Numbered from the stretch's first letter, positions 29,150 through 45,922 are shown. The stretch: 64,000 nt of DNA from Dictyostelium discoideum (GCA_000004695.1 CM000154.2:1088001-1152000), one strand, 5' to 3'. Notes: a model not told the origin generated them from the letters alone. Numbers and translations are program-made.

Positions 29150-30483
29150 AATTTTATTAAATTTAAATGATCGAAAAAGAAAAAAAAAATAATACTAACA
29201 AAAATGTTTTATAAAACTTCTAATTTGTAGATTCAATAAATAATATTTAACACTTTTGACCAAAAATTAAAAAAAGTTGGAGACAGTTTGTATATAAAAA
29301 AAAATGAAAAAAAATATCACAAATGATCTCAATGTAATTTTACAATTTTCAAAAAAAAAAAATAATAAAAAATAAAAAAAAATAATAATGGTAAAAATAG
29401 ATTTATCGATCTATTAATGGGTGATACTATCAAAAAAAAAAAAAAAAAAAAAAAAATAGAAAAAAAGTAGATGTTAACCAAATTGATTTGAGTGTTTGAA
29501 GACTTAAATATTTTGATTTAAATATAAAACAAGCTAAAAAAATTAAAGAAAAGAAATAATCGAGTCAAATAAAGAATAACATTAAAAAAAAAAAAGGTTG
29601 TGAGTCATTAACTGGTTTCTTAATTTTTATCAGTGTCGGATAAATATGCATTATCTCACTGACACACGAACACATAAAAAAGTTTTTTTATTTTTTTTTT
29701 TTTTTTTAAGGTTTGACTTTTGACGGAATTGACAAAAAAAAAAATAAAAAATTTTGACTCAATTCCAATCTGTTTCGAACAATATTTTTCTAATAAAATG
29801 TTTAGAAATTTAATCAAACTTTTAATTAAATTTTCTTTTTTTTTTAATTTATTTTTTAATTTTTTATTTTTTTTTTCTTATTATTTAAAGGTTTTTAATT
29901 TTTTTTTTTTTTTTTTTTATTATTATTTGATATCACAAAGCGCTTGTCAATAGATTATAACTATTTATAATTATTTTTTTTTTTTGTTTTATTTTTTTTT
30001 TTTTTTTCCCCCACACTGTTTTTTTTTAATTTAAATTATTATTATTTTTTTTTTTTTTTTTTTTTTTTATTTAAAATTTTTTTTTTTTATTTTTATTTTC
30101 ATAAAATCAACACACATAAGCTAAATAATAATCAAACTATTATTATTTAACCATTCTGTATTATTAATATAAAGTCTTTAGGATTTTTGTAGATCTAAAT
30201 GTAAGTGTTTAAATTAGAAAACCAAAATAAAAAAAATAATACTAGAAAAAAAAAAGAAAGAGTAAACTGGTTTTTTTTTTTTTTATTTTTTTTTGCTTTT
30301 TTTTTCTATTTTTAATAATAATTTTTAATAATAATCAGAAAATATTTTTTTTTTTTTGCATTTTGTTTTTGTGAAGTTCTCCAATTTTAATTAAAAAAAA
30401 AAAAAAATTAAAAAAAAATAAAATTTAATTTTTTTTTATTTTTTTATTTTTCTTTTTTTTTTAAAAAATTTCTCAAATTAATA

Positions 30484-30516
<33 letters not shown>

Positions 30517-30592
30517 ATTTTTTTCTTTCATCAATTATATATTTTATTCATTTAATTTTTTTTTTTTTTTTATATTTACATATTTTTAAAAA

Positions 30593-33222
<2,630 letters not shown>

Positions 33223-33242
33223 AAAAAAAAAATATATATTTT

Positions 33243-33280
<38 letters not shown>

Positions 33281-33400
33281 AAGTAAATAATATATCAAAA
33301 AATAAAAAAAAATATTAAAAAAAAAATATAAAATTGTTCCAAATAAAATATATATATATAAATATAAAACTTTTTTTTTTTGTATTTATCACATTGCCCC

Positions 33401-33443
<43 letters not shown>

Positions 33444-33674
33444 AAAATTTAAATTTTAAATTACTTTGAATTTTTATAACTTTTTTTTTAATAAAAAAAA
33501 AAAATTTAATGGCCATTAAAAAAAATTTTTAAAAAAAATTTTTTTTTTTATTTAAAGTTTTAAAAAAAATTTTTCCAAAAATAATTTTTTTTTTTACAAA
33601 AAAAATAAAAACCTAAATGGTTTTTTTTTTTTTTTTTTTTTTTAAATAAACCACAACCCAAGGAGAATTGGTTA

Positions 33675-33705
<31 letters not shown>

Positions 33706-33792
33706 GTTGGAGAATGTCATGACGGCATTTATTTCTTTTTCTTATTCATTTTTAATTTTTTTTTTAATTTATTTTCAATTTTAATTTTTTTT

Positions 33793-33846
<54 letters not shown>

Positions 33847-33890
33847 TTTTTCAATCATTCTCAATTTCACTTTTAGTTATATCCTTAAAG

Positions 33891-35618
33891 ATGTTATCAA
33901 GAAATTTAAAAACTTTAGTTGTAAGCTATTATTATTATTATTATTATTATCATCATCATTTAGTTAATTTATCTATCGTTATTAAAATCGGAAACAACTT
34001 TTTTTTTATTTTTTTTTTTTTTTTATTTAAAAAAAAATGAAATTTCAAATTATTCATTTATAATTTTAATTATTAATTTTTTTTTATTTTTTTATTTTTT
34101 ATTTTTTTTTTTATATAGAAAAATAAAAATATATTATATTTTACTACATCAACTAGTAAATCAAATAAAATTTATGAAAATGCAAAGGAAGCAGTTAAAG
34201 ATATTCCAAATGGTTCAAAATTATTAGTAGGTGGATTTGGACTTTGTGGTATTCCAGAGAATTTAATATCAGCAGTACGTGATACAGGTGTAAAGGATTT
34301 AACAGTTGTTAGTAATAATGCAGGTGTTGATGATTTTGGATTAGGTGTTTTATTAAAGAGTAGACAAATTAAAAGAATGATCTCATCATATGTTGGTGAG
34401 AATGCAACCTTTGAGAGTCAATATCTCAAGGGTGAGCTTGAAGTAGAGTTAACACCACAAGGTAATTTAGCAGAGAGATTAAGAGCAGGTGGTGCAGGTA
34501 TTCCAGCTTTCTATACAAGTACAGGTGTTGGTACAGTGTTGGTGGAAGAAGGTGGTTTCCCAATCAAGTATGCAAATGATGGTTCAGGTAAAGTTGAAAT
34601 TAAGAGCGAACCACGTCCAACTCAACTTTACAATGGTCGTAAATATTGTTTAGAAGAATCAATCACTGGTGATTACGCATTGATTAAAGCATGGAAAGCT
34701 GATACTAGAGGCAATTTAGTATTTAGAAATACCGCACGTAATTTCAATCCACCAATGGCAACAGCAGCCAAAATCACCATTGCAGAGGTTGAAGAAATCG
34801 TTGATGCTGGTGAAATTAAACCTGATGAAGTTCATGTACCAGGTATTTATATTCAACGTATTGTTAAAGGTCCATCATTTGAAAAACGTATCGAACGTTT
34901 AACAGTCCAAAAAGAGAAAACTGGTGAAGCAGCTGCCAAACCAAAGGATGAGGCAGCAGCCAAGAGAGAGCGTATCGTACGTCGTGCAGCTTTAGAGTTT
35001 GAAGATGGTATGTATTGTAATCTTGGTATTGGTATGCCAACATTGGCCAGTAATTTCATTCCAAAGGGTATTAGAATCGAATTACAATCAGAGAATGGCT
35101 TATTAGGTATGGGTCCATTCCCAAAAATGGGCGAACATGATGCCGATTTAATCAATGCAGGTAAGGAAACCGTTACAACCATTCCAGGTTCTTCCATTTT
35201 CTCAAGTGCTGATTCATTCGCAATGATTCGTGGTGGTCATGTTGATTTAACAATTCTTGGTGGTATGCAAGTTAGTGGTAATGGTGATTTGGCCAATTGG
35301 GTCATTCCTGGCTCAATGGTTAAAGGTCCAGGTGGTGCTATGGATTTAACTTCAAGTGGTTCACGTGTAGTTGTCATAATGGAACATACCACAAAACATG
35401 GAAAACCAAAGATTTTAAAGAATTGTACACTTCCACTCACTGGTAAATCTTGTGTAAATAGAATCATCACTGAATTGGCAGTTTTCGATGTCGTCAATGG
35501 TAAATTAGAATTAATTGAAGTCGTTGATGGCCAAACAGTTGATGATATTAAATCTAAAACTGAAGCAGAATTTACTGTTTCAAAAAATTTAAAACCATTA
35601 CAACAAGTTGAAATTTAA
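33891..35618 (+). CDS. oxct1: Succinyl-CoA:3-ketoacid coenzyme A transferase (SCOT/OXCT), mitochondrial. Exons are 33891..33920 and 34119..35618, giving about 509 aa.
   Basis: Exon 1 ([10 protein letters not shown]) ends at GTAAGC at 33921. The intron is 198 nt, with the acceptor AG at 34117-34118. Exon 2 matches human OXCT1 closely: [23 protein letters not shown]..., [45 protein letters not shown]. The stop is TAA at 35616-35618. Confidence 0.85.
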
Positions 35619-35734
35619 AATAATAATAATAATAATAATAAAAATATCAACATTTCCTAAAATATAAATTATTTTTTTTTTTAGATTTTCTCAATTATTT
35701 GATCTTTTTTTTTTTTTTTTCCACTTACTTCCAC

Positions 35735-35771
<37 letters not shown>

Positions 35772-35820
35772 GGATTTTTTTTTTAATTTTTGTGTTTTGA
35801 AAACCTTTTTTTTTTTTTTT

Positions 35821-35858
<38 letters not shown>

Positions 35859-36019
35859 TTTCCTTCTATTGAATTCTAGATTTATTTATATTGTTTAATG
35901 ATTAAAATAATTATTGCATAGGTGTATATTTATATAAATCTATAGATCTATAATAAATTTAAATTATTTAAATTTCAATAAAAATAAAAATAATAATAAA
36001 AAAAAAAAAATAATAATAG

Positions 36020-36972
36020 ATGTCAATAAATCAAAATGGAATATATTTACAACCACAACAGAATATAATTTCAGCATCTAATGGAATGAATCCAACACAA
36101 ATTACAATACCAACACAATTGACACCGTCAATATCATCATTATCACAACAATATCAACAATATCAATTACAACAACTACAACAACAGCAACAACAACAAA
36201 ATATACAGCCAAATCAACAACAAACCATTAATATTGAATCACCAATAAATTGTAATTTAAAATTAAATAATCAAAATTTAGAAAAGATAACAACTTTTGA
36301 ACAATTTCAACAATTGGATGTTGTACAACAATCACAATTATTTTATCAACTTCATGAATCATTTTTAAATTTATCATCACATGATGGTAAACAAATTGGT
36401 AGATTAAAAATTAAACAAACTAGTATTGATGTTATAAATTTAGGTAATTATTTTAATAAATATTTTAAAAAATAAAATAATATAAATAAAATAAAATAAA
36501 ATATTTATTTATATTAATTAATTAATTAAAAAAAAGAAATTGAATCAAATCCAAATTATGAAATTATAGTTCAAAATAGTACAAAGAAATTTTATTTTAA
36601 AGGTATGATAAATTCAGTTGGTAAACAACAAGGTATATGTGAAGATAGTCATTTTTTAAGTAAAGATTTTACAACGATTGGTGTGGCTGATGGTGTAGGA
36701 TCATGGAGATCAGTTGGTATTGATCCTGGTGAATATTCTCGATTTTTAATGAGTTTTATATATGGCCAATCATTGACAACTCCTTATTTAAAACCCTATG
36801 AATTAATTGAATCTGCCTATAGGGAATCTGTAAATATACCAGGTAGTTCCACAATTTGTATTTTAAAAATTATTGGTTCAAAAGTTTATAGTGGTTTAGT
36901 TGGTGATTCTTCTTTTATTCAAATTAGAAAAGATCAAATTTATTTTAGGTCAAACGAACAAACTCATAGTAT

Positions 36973-37017
<45 letters not shown>

Positions 37018-37397
37018 ATTTAATAATAATAATAATTAATATTTACTTTAAATTTAAATTTAAATAATAAGAACCAAATTTTCCATATCAACTTGGACAA
37101 AATAGTGTTGATAAACCATCTTCAGGTGTTTATATGGAGCATCCAATTCAAGAGAATGATATTTTTGTAATTGGAACCGATGGATTTTTTGATAATATAT
37201 TTGATCAAGAGATAGTTAAAGCAATCAAAGAGGTAAACTCTATTGAATCGTTTTTTAAATGTTTAATGGAATTAGCAAAATCAAAATCTCAAGATCCTGA
37301 AGCTCAAACTCCAATAGGTCAAAGAAATGGAAAAATTGGTGGTAAAAATGATGATATTACTGTTGGTTGTTTTGTCATTTCAAAATTAAATAAATAA
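36020..37397 (+). CDS. PPTC7-like PP2C-family protein phosphatase with a Gln-rich N-terminal extension. Exons are 36020..36443, 36537..36968 and 37072..37397, giving about 393 aa.
   Basis: Exon 1 ends ..SIDVINL followed by a GTAATT donor at 36444. The first intron is 93 nt and AT-rich, with the AG at 36535-36536. Exon 2 reads EIESNPNYEIIVQNSTKKFYFKGMINSVGKQQGICEDSHFLSKDFTTIGVADGVGSWRSVGIDPGEYSRFLM...GSSTICILK..GDSSFIQIRKDQIYFRSNEQTHS and ends at GTATGT at 36969. Exon 3, after the AG at 37070-37071, reads KPNFPYQLG...IFVIGTDGFFDNIFDQEIV...GGKNDDITVGCFVI. These are the PPTC7 motifs GVADGVGGW, TDGLFDN and GGKPDDITV. Confidence 0.65.
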
Positions 37398-37740
37398 ATT
37401 TTTTTTTTTTTTTTTTTTTTTCTATTTTTACAAACTTTTTCTTTTTTTAGTTCCATTAAAAAAAAAAAAAAAAAAAAAAAAGTTTTTTACAAAGCAGATT
37501 TGTTGTTATTTTTTAATTTTTTTTCCAAATTTTAATTTTTTTTTTTTTTTTTTTCAATTTTCTTTTTTTTTTTAAATTTTTTTTTTTTTTTAAATTTTTT
37601 TTTTATAAATATTTTCACTCACAAAGCATATTTTCAACAAAAATTAAATCGTTGCATTATAAAACTTTTTTGAAAAAAAAAAAAAAAACAAAAGACATAC
37701 AGATAGGGATTTTTTTTAAAAAAAAAAAAAAAAAAAAAGA

Positions 37741-40034
37741 ATGAATTTTCAAACTTACAATCAAGTAATTGAGCATTCAGATCTTTTTAAGAGTGTGTTT
37801 TATTATCATCATAGCCAAGTAACAATAAACAATGATTTAAATATTAGTAATAACAACAACAACAACAACAACAATAACAATAACAATAATAACAATAACA
37901 ATGATATTATCGATCAACAAAATGATTTATCTGATACCACAATTCAAACAGTTAATATTAATATTCAATCATTACAACAACAGCAACAAAATATTGACAA
38001 CACAATAATTGAAGGAAGTTTATTAGAGAAAAGAGATTTTTGTTATGGTTTGGGTTTACGTACTCCAGAAGTTCCTTATTTATTTACAAGACTTTGCATG
38101 ACAACAAATCCAAGCAGTCGTATGTATAAATTTATAAATTTGAAAATTTCAATTTTTTTTTTTTCCTCTCTCTCTCTCTCTTTCTCTCAATTTATAATAC
38201 TAATATTTCATTTCAAAAAAATAATAATAATAATAAATATAGATTGTTTTGATTGTTTAGAAAATGATTTACCAAATGTTAAAAATGATGAAGATAATGT
38301 TATCTCTGCATTCGATTATATAATTACAGATTTTATTAGAGAGAATATGACAAAATTATCAAATAATTCATTCAAGTGTCAAATTGATTCAATGATGTTT
38401 TCATCAGAGAAACAACTCATTGACCATATGAAAGAAGATCACAAATCTTTAATATTTTCAACTATATCTTTATTAATTGATGGTAAGTTCTCTCTCAATT
38501 TTTTTTTTTAAAAATTTTTTTTAAAAAATTAACAATACAATTCATTTTTTTTTTTTTTTTTTTTTTTTGTTATATATTAAAAATTGAAAATCTAATTTAT
38601 ATTATTCTATTTTAGATAATGAAACAAGTTATATGGGTAATTTTTTCACAAAGTTGATGTATTCTGATAGTTTTTATTCAGCATATCAAAATCCACCAAT
38701 CCAACCTCCAAAAAGAGTTTTAATGGAACAAAGACATGTTCCAAGTGTATTGGCACCATCATTACCACTACTTACTCAAGTTGATACATCAGTATTATCA
38801 ACACCAACAAGTGTATCAACAACATTATCAACAACAACAACAACAGCAACAACAGCAGTACCATCAACTACAGTACCACCAACTACAGTACCATCATCAT
38901 CAACCATCACCACCACCACAACAGCAGCAGCAGCAGCAACTTTAATGGCAGCTATAGCCACTAAAAAATCAAAGAAATCTAAAAAAAAAGTAAATATTGA
39001 ACCAAAAGTTTGCTTTACAAATCTTTTTCCAAAAGAAGATGTATCAGAGTATGCATTTTCATTGTTTAGTGATTTTTTAAAACCTTCATTTTCATTTGAA
39101 CAAAAAAAAGTAACCAAAAATAAAATTGATCAACAAATGGAACTATTTAAAAATGAATCAGATGAAGCTAGAATGAAAAGAGAACAATCTTTAATAAATG
39201 ATACAATCATTAAAATAAAAGAAAATGCCTTATCAGATATTAAAGAAGAAGAAAAACAAAAATTAAAAGATGGAAATAAAAAATCAAAAGGAAAGAATAT
39301 TGAAAAAGAAAAAGAAAATCATATAAATCAAACTTCAAATATAGAAAATAATAATAATAATAATAATATAGATAATGAATTAGATGAAAAACAAAAAGAA
39401 AAAGAAAAAGAAAAAGAAAAAGAAAAAGAAAAGGAAAAAGAGAAAGAGAAAGAAAAAGAAAAAGAAACCACAACAACAACCACAGCAACAACCACAGATC
39501 AGCAACAAACTATAATAGAAGAAGAAATTGACGAAGAATATGAATTATTACTAAGTGAAATTGCTGAAGAAATTTTGAATGAAGTTGTAGAGGAACTTTG
39601 CGGTAAAGTATCTAAAAAGATTTATTTAGATGACAAAAGGAAAAAGAATAAAGAAGAAAAGGAAAGAGAATTAGAACGTGAACGTGAGTTAGAACGTGAA
39701 CGTGAATTAGAACGTGAACGTGAAAGACAAATAAAAGAAAAAGAGTTGGAACGTGAACGTGAATTGGAACGTGAACGTGAAAGAATAGAAAAAGAGAAAC
39801 TATTGGAACGTGAACGTGAAAGAAAAGAAAAAGAGAAACAATTAGAACGTGAACGTGAACAATTAAGATTGGAAAAAGAGGAAAAAGAAAGATTAAAACA
39901 ACAATCTGAAGAATTGGATAATTTAGTTGATGAAATTTTAGATGAATTAATATTTGATCAAGTTTCTGAAATTGCAACTACAACTTATCAAGAATATTTA
40001 TCAAATAAAAATAAGCAACAACAACAAATACTGC

Positions 40035-40084
<50 letters not shown>

Positions 40085-40256
40085 ATACTGCAACAACAGC
40101 AATTACAACAACAACAACAACAACAACAGCAGCAATTACAACAACAGCAATTACAACAACAACAACAACAATTACAGCAGCAATCTACAAATAAACAAAA
40201 ACCATCTCAAGATTCTCCACCTAATAATTCAGCACAACAAAAGAAACAGCAGCAGC

Positions 40257-40338
<82 letters not shown>

Positions 40339-40508
40339 TATTAAAAATAGAGGGGATCTTAGTTCAAACTCTTCACAATTTGTCCCTCAAGTTAATACAC
40401 CACCATTATCACCAATATCACCTCTATCATACACTGCCCAACCATATACACCCGTTACACTTAAAAATCAACAATTACAACAAAATCAAAACCAAATACA
40501 TCAACATC

Positions 40509-40556
<48 letters not shown>

Positions 40557-42148
40557 TATCACCAACACCAATATCACCACCAAAATCATCATTCCAAAAT
40601 CCTCTATTATCAAATATTAATATCAATAACAATCCAATGAAGCAATCCATAACTCAAAAACCAATCTCACCATCCAATAACTCTATGAATGGTCCAATTA
40701 ATTCAACCAATCCATTAAATCCAATAGGTCCAATTAACCCATTAAATCCAATGAACCCAATGAATAATCTATTAAATATTGAAAATATGCACCTAATTGG
40801 AAATAATACTGGCAACAATAGTAATCGTGTTGGTAATATGACCCTTAATGGGTTCTTTGAGAATGATCCACCAAACATGTTACCATTATATTTTGTTAAT
40901 TTATTAACCAGTTGTGGGTTCATCATTGAATTCACTGGTATTTTCAATTACAATTTCCTTTCATCGGTTGGTACTATCGTAGAGTATTTTAGAATTTTAG
41001 ATTGTAGAATTTCAACAATTGGTGGTGAACCAAAAGTATTATTCCAAAATAATTCATTTTGTTTAGTTCAATTCGAATCTTTAAAGGATTTAGATAAAGC
41101 AATTAAAAATAGTACTTCATTATTAATTACAAGAGTTATTAATGTTATCATACCAAATAATAATGATACTTCTTCATCTCCACCACCTTTACAACAATTA
41201 CAACAATTACAACAATTACAACAACTACAACAATTACAACAATTACAACAATTACAACAATTGCAACAATTACAACAGCTACAACAATTACAACAACAAC
41301 AACCTATAGGCTTTAGTATCTCAAATGATAATTCTAATCAATTCCAACAAACATCTCAATTTTTAGCCAACCCCAATACCTCAACATCACCAACATCTTT
41401 ATCTCAACAACAACAGCAACAACAACAACAACAACAACAACCACAACCAACACCATTTAACCAATATATTAAAGCTCCATCCGCGGTAAATTTAATTGAC
41501 TCTGGTTTATTAAATAATTTGATTGATCCTTTAAGTGGAAGTGGAAGTGTTATTAGACAACCCACCCCTACCAATTCTGTTTCTTTCCACCAACCACCAC
41601 CAAAAACACCTTCTCCCCCATTACAACAGACTCAACAAAAACAACAGACTCAACAACAATCTCAACTTCACCCACAACAACACATTCAACAACAATATCA
41701 ACAACAACAACAACAACAACAACAGCAACAACAACAACAGCAACAACAGCAGCAACAACAACAACAACAACAACAACAGCAACAGCAACAACAACAACAG
41801 CAACAACAACAACAGCAACAACAACAACAGCAACAACAACAACAGCAACAACAACAACAACAACAGCAACAACAAGACCTACAAAGATCAATATCACCAA
41901 ACAACCATTCGTTATCAATATTATTAAATACTGAAAAGGATGAGAAAGTATCAAGAAATGATTACATTAAAAAAGAAATTCACAATACTGTTGTATCACC
42001 ACCAATCTTATTTGGTTCATCACTTTTAAATGGTTTATCAAACTTTTCCAATCTTAATATCAACAGTAGTACTACCACTAACAGTGTTATTAGTAATAAT
42101 AATAATAACAATAATAATGAAAATAAAAACAATAATACCAATAATAAT

Positions 42149-42197
<49 letters not shown>

Positions 42198-42550
42198 TTA
42201 ATAATATTAATAATATTAATAACAATAACAATAATAATAATAATAATATTAATATTAGTAATAGTGGCACTGCCATCCCAAATCTATCAGGTTTGTCAAA
42301 TTTAAATAACTTGCCAAATTTAAATAATTTATCAAATTTAAATGGTGATGATGATGATATCCCACCACTTACTTTCTTTTCCCAAGATCTAAAATTATTT
42401 TCATTTAATAGTAGTGGTAGTAGTAATCCAAATAATTTAAATAATAATATCAACAATATTGTTGATAATAACAAAAATAATAATAACAATAACAATTTAA
42501 ATAATCATATTAATATTAATAATAATTTGTTTAATGGTAATAAATGGTAG
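37741..42550 (+). CDS. Large low-complexity poly-Q/poly-N/Thr-rich protein of about 1517 aa. Exons are 37741..38119, 38243..38482 and 38616..42550.
   Basis: The ATG is at 37741. The first donor is GTATGT at 38120. The intron contains a (CT)n run and has its acceptor AG at 38241-38242; an alternative AG at 38259-38260 is also in phase. The second donor is GTAAGT at 38483 and the second acceptor AG is at 38614-38615. Exon 3 contains an (ERELER)n 18-nt repeat block, homopolymer Q runs of up to about 57, an (LQQ)11 block and long N runs. A possible RRM-like segment is LYFVNL...GGEPKVLFQNNSFCLVQFESLKDLDKAI. The stop is TAG at 42548-42550. Confidence 0.55.
39670..39860 (+). repeat. Degenerate 18-nt coding repeat gaacgtgaacgtgaATTAga, about 8 units, encoding an (ERELER)n charged repeat.
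   Basis: Read directly. It lies in the low-complexity protein and has the character of a single alpha-helix or coiled coil, being ER/EK-rich. Confidence 0.85.
41697..41874 (+). repeat. (CAA/CAG)n trinucleotide tract encoding a poly-Q run of about 57 residues.
   Basis: Read directly. Similar (CAA)n tracts are at 40021-40100, 40255-40335, 40505-40555 and 49508-49600. An (LQQ)n 9-nt repeat is at 41190-41300. Confidence 0.95.
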
Positions 42551-42851
42551 AAAATATTTATGTTATAAATAAATAAATTTTTTTTTTTTTTTTTTTTTTA
42601 ATTCTCAAACTGCATGTATCAATACTTGACAAAAATATAACAAATAATTATTTTTTTTTTATATAATTTTTATTAAATAAAATCAAACTAGATGATTAAT
42701 CAAATAATAAAACTACTGTGTTTTTTTTTTTAATTTTTTTTTTAAATTTTTTTTTTTTTTTTTATTTATATAAAAATTTTTAAAGACGACACAGTTTGAA
42801 GAGAAGGATTTAAAAATTGAGCTTGATACTTAATTAAAGCTAAAAATAAAT

Positions 42852-44297
42852 TTAAGCTTTTGATAAAGATGGGAAGATATTAACATCAGTTACATCGACA
42901 CCTTTGACGACTTTCTTGGTGTTACCTTTTGGTCTTTGGGTTGATGGAGCAGATTTTAATTCGACTTGGATGACGTTCTTTTTGGTTTTCTTTTCTTCTT
43001 TGACAGATTTGGTATCTCTTTGTTTGACGACTTCTCTTTGGATTGGTTCGAATTCATCCCATTGAGCGTTTTTGGTTTCACCTTCACCAGCAACACGGAG
43101 TTTTGGTGCTTCGAGGGTGACTGAACCTTGTTGTTTAAGGTATTCACCGAGGGTTAAGGTTTTGTCTTCAACTGGGGCAGCGACGACTGGTTCAGTTGAT
43201 TCTTTTTCACCTTCAGTTGGGGTGACAGTGGCAACGTTGGTTTCAGCATCGACTGAACCTTCTTTACCCCAGTTACCTTGACCAGCACCACCTTTCTTGT
43301 TTTCATTGTGTGGACGACCAGTACCTGATTTACGATCGAATTGACGGTTACGAATGTTACCAGTGGCATCAGTACGTGGTTGGTGTTTTGGATAGCTCTT
43401 GCTGTCTCTCTTGGTGTTTTGACGTTCTTCAGAGGTTGCAACTTGTTGTTCACCATTGTTGACTCTCTTTGGTTTTGATTGACCTCCTAATTTTGGTGAT
43501 CTGTTTTCAACTAATTATTTTTTTTAAAATATATATATATTTGTAAATATTAATATCATTATCTATCTAATTAACTTTTTTTTTTTTTTTTTTTTTTGAA
43601 TTCCAATACCAAAAGGTTAAGAAAAAGAAAAATAAGACCTAAGCCTAACTAACCTAAATCTGACAACCCATTGGTTATAAATTCTTATTCTATTATCTCT
43701 ATGTTGCAATTTTTATTAACTATTTAACCTGTTAACTATATACCTTTGTTTTCAGTTTTTGGTGCAACTGGTTTTTTGGCAGCAACTGGTGCAGCAGCAG
43801 CTTGGGTGCTTTTGGTGGTTGGTTTCTTTTCAACCTCTTCGTCGTCTTGGAGAAGATCAAATAAATTTTTGGACTGTGAAAAATAAAATATTAGTATTTT
43901 ATTTTATTTTATTTTTATAAAATATTTTTTTTAATATTTTATTTAAATTTTTTTTTTTTTTTTTTTTAATATTTTATTTTATATATTTTGTCTGATATCA
44001 TTTAATATTTTATTTTATTTTTATTATTTATTTTTTAAGAGAGGAGAGAAAGAAAAAAAAAAAAAAAATACAATAAAAATTATCTCTTTTTTTTTTTTTT
44101 TGTATCTCTTAATTTTTTTCTCTTTCTCTCTCAAAAACCATTATTCTTTATTATTTCTTCTTTGTTAAACTGTTATTAATCTTTATGATAGATAATTGAT
44201 TTTTAAGAAAGATTAACAATGTTTTTGATAAGATTGAAAGACATAAGTGATATTAGATATTTGATTGAGAAAAGTGATAGGGACTTACTTTATCCAT
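42852..44297 (-). CDS. Stm1/SERBP1/HABP4-family mRNA- and ribosome-associated protein. Exons are 44297..44289, 43873..43744 and 43510..42852 on the minus strand, giving about 265 aa.
   Basis: The minus strand shows GC-enriched codon usage. A 9-nt first exon, ATGGATAAA, is followed by a GTAAGT donor and a 415-nt intron. Exon 2, after ..TTTTCACAG, reads SKNLFDLLQDDEEVEKKPTTKSTQAAAAPVAAKKPVAPKTENK; the NxFxLLxDD motif is typical of Stm1_N/HABP4. Exon 2 ends at a GTATAT donor, and the second intron is 233 nt. Exon 3 is RG/GNW-rich (GTGRPHNENKKGGAGQGNWGKEG...) and ends ..NIFPSLSKA*. Confidence 0.55.
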
Positions 44298-44774
44298 TTT
44301 TTTTATATATATTTCAAACTAAAGAAAACGAAAAAATTTTTACACACTGAAAAAATCCTTGCTATAGCCTCCCAAAAAAAAAAAAAAAAAAAAATTGAAA
44401 AAAAAATTAAAAAAAAAAAAAAATAAAAAAAAAAAAAAAAATAATTTCTGCGATAACAAACCTTCAAAATAAATCAAAAATTTAACTAATTTTTCATTTT
44501 TTTATTTATTTATTTTTTTTTTTTTTTGTTAAACTATTTTCACTTTTTTTAGTTTAAACTAATTATTTTATTATTATTTTTTTTTTTTTCATTTTTTAAA
44601 CTATTTTATTTTATTATTTTGTTTTTTTTTTTTTTATTACTGTTTTTAATAATTTAAAAATAGAAACAAACAAAAAATAAAAATAGAAATTTTTAAAAAT
44701 TTAAATTTTTATTATTCGAAATGATAATATAATAAAACTAAATTTCTTTTTTTTTTTTTTTTTATTTTCAACAT

Positions 44775-44809
<35 letters not shown>

Positions 44810-44898
44810 AAAATCAAAACTAAATTTTTAAAATAAATAAAAAACAATCAGTGTTTATTTTTTTAATATAATTATTTTTATATTTTTTATTTTTTTAT

Positions 44899-45138
44899 TT
44901 ATTTATTTAATTTATTATTTTCCAATGCTAAAAGTCTTTCATAACTTGATTTTAAATTGATTTCTTTTTTTTCATTAGTATTTTTTTCAAAATTATTTTT
45001 TAAATTATTTTTTTTTTTTTCTAAATCTATTCTGTAGTTATTATAATCCTTGACTTGATGATACCATTCTTTTGGGTCAATTCTTTGAAGTAGTGAATTT
45101 GGAATAACATTTGGAGTAAATTTATATTTTTCTTTCTG

Positions 45139-45183
<45 letters not shown>

Positions 45184-45691
45184 TTTATTTTTATTATTAT
45201 TATTATTATTTTTATTTTTATTATTATCATTATTAATATTTATTTTAGCTTGAGAAGATAAATTTATATAATTTTTTTCTTTATTTGTTTTTGAGTATGG
45301 TGAGTATTTTTCTTTATTTTCCAATACCTTCTTTTTATGTAATTTATGTAATTTAGTTTGATCAGGTGACCATTTTGAATGAAGAATTCTAGAGATTGCC
45401 TCTAAAGAGATTCTAAAACTTTTTGCTAAAACTGGTATGGTATAAATTTCAGGATCCTCTTTATGAAGTTCTCTAATTTGTTCCATATCACTACGAGTGA
45501 CTTTATTCTCTGGTGCCCATTGACCATTCTTTTTTCTTTGTTCAATCTTAAATAAAATTAAATTTGCTTTATCACCATATTGTTTTTTAATCCTTTCTTC
45601 TAATCTTTTTTTTGCTTCTTTTTGTTGTTGTTTTGTTAATTCAGGTTTTTCTTCAATTTTATTATTATTATTTTTATTTTTATTTTCTAAA

Positions 45692-45722
<31 letters not shown>

Positions 45723-45888
45723 CATTTTCAATATATTCATCTTCAATATATTCATCTTCTTCTCTTTTTATATTAATTTTATTATCTAATCTTTTTATAA
45801 ATTTCTTTTCTTCTTCTTCTTTTTCTTCTTCTTTTTGTTGTTTTTGAGTAAATATTTCTTTTGTTTCAATTATTGGTTGTGATTGTTT

Positions 45889-45922
<34 letters not shown>

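Noticed and set aside
29596-29680. A GC-containing island with partial dyad symmetry (cagtg...atgcat...cactg) in the 1.6-kb intergenic region.
   Set aside because: The symmetry is imperfect, with no coding potential and no RNA-gene hallmarks. It was left unannotated.
41568-42495. Several minus and plus ORFs encoding poly-L, poly-C, poly-V and poly-I.
   Set aside because: They are alternative-frame translations of (CAA)n and (AAT)n tracts inside the low-complexity gene.
43025-43060. A ggttcgaattc tRNA T-loop-like string.
   Set aside because: It lies inside the Stm1-like coding exon, and it has no acceptor-stem or anticodon-arm structure around it. No tRNA genes are evident in the window.
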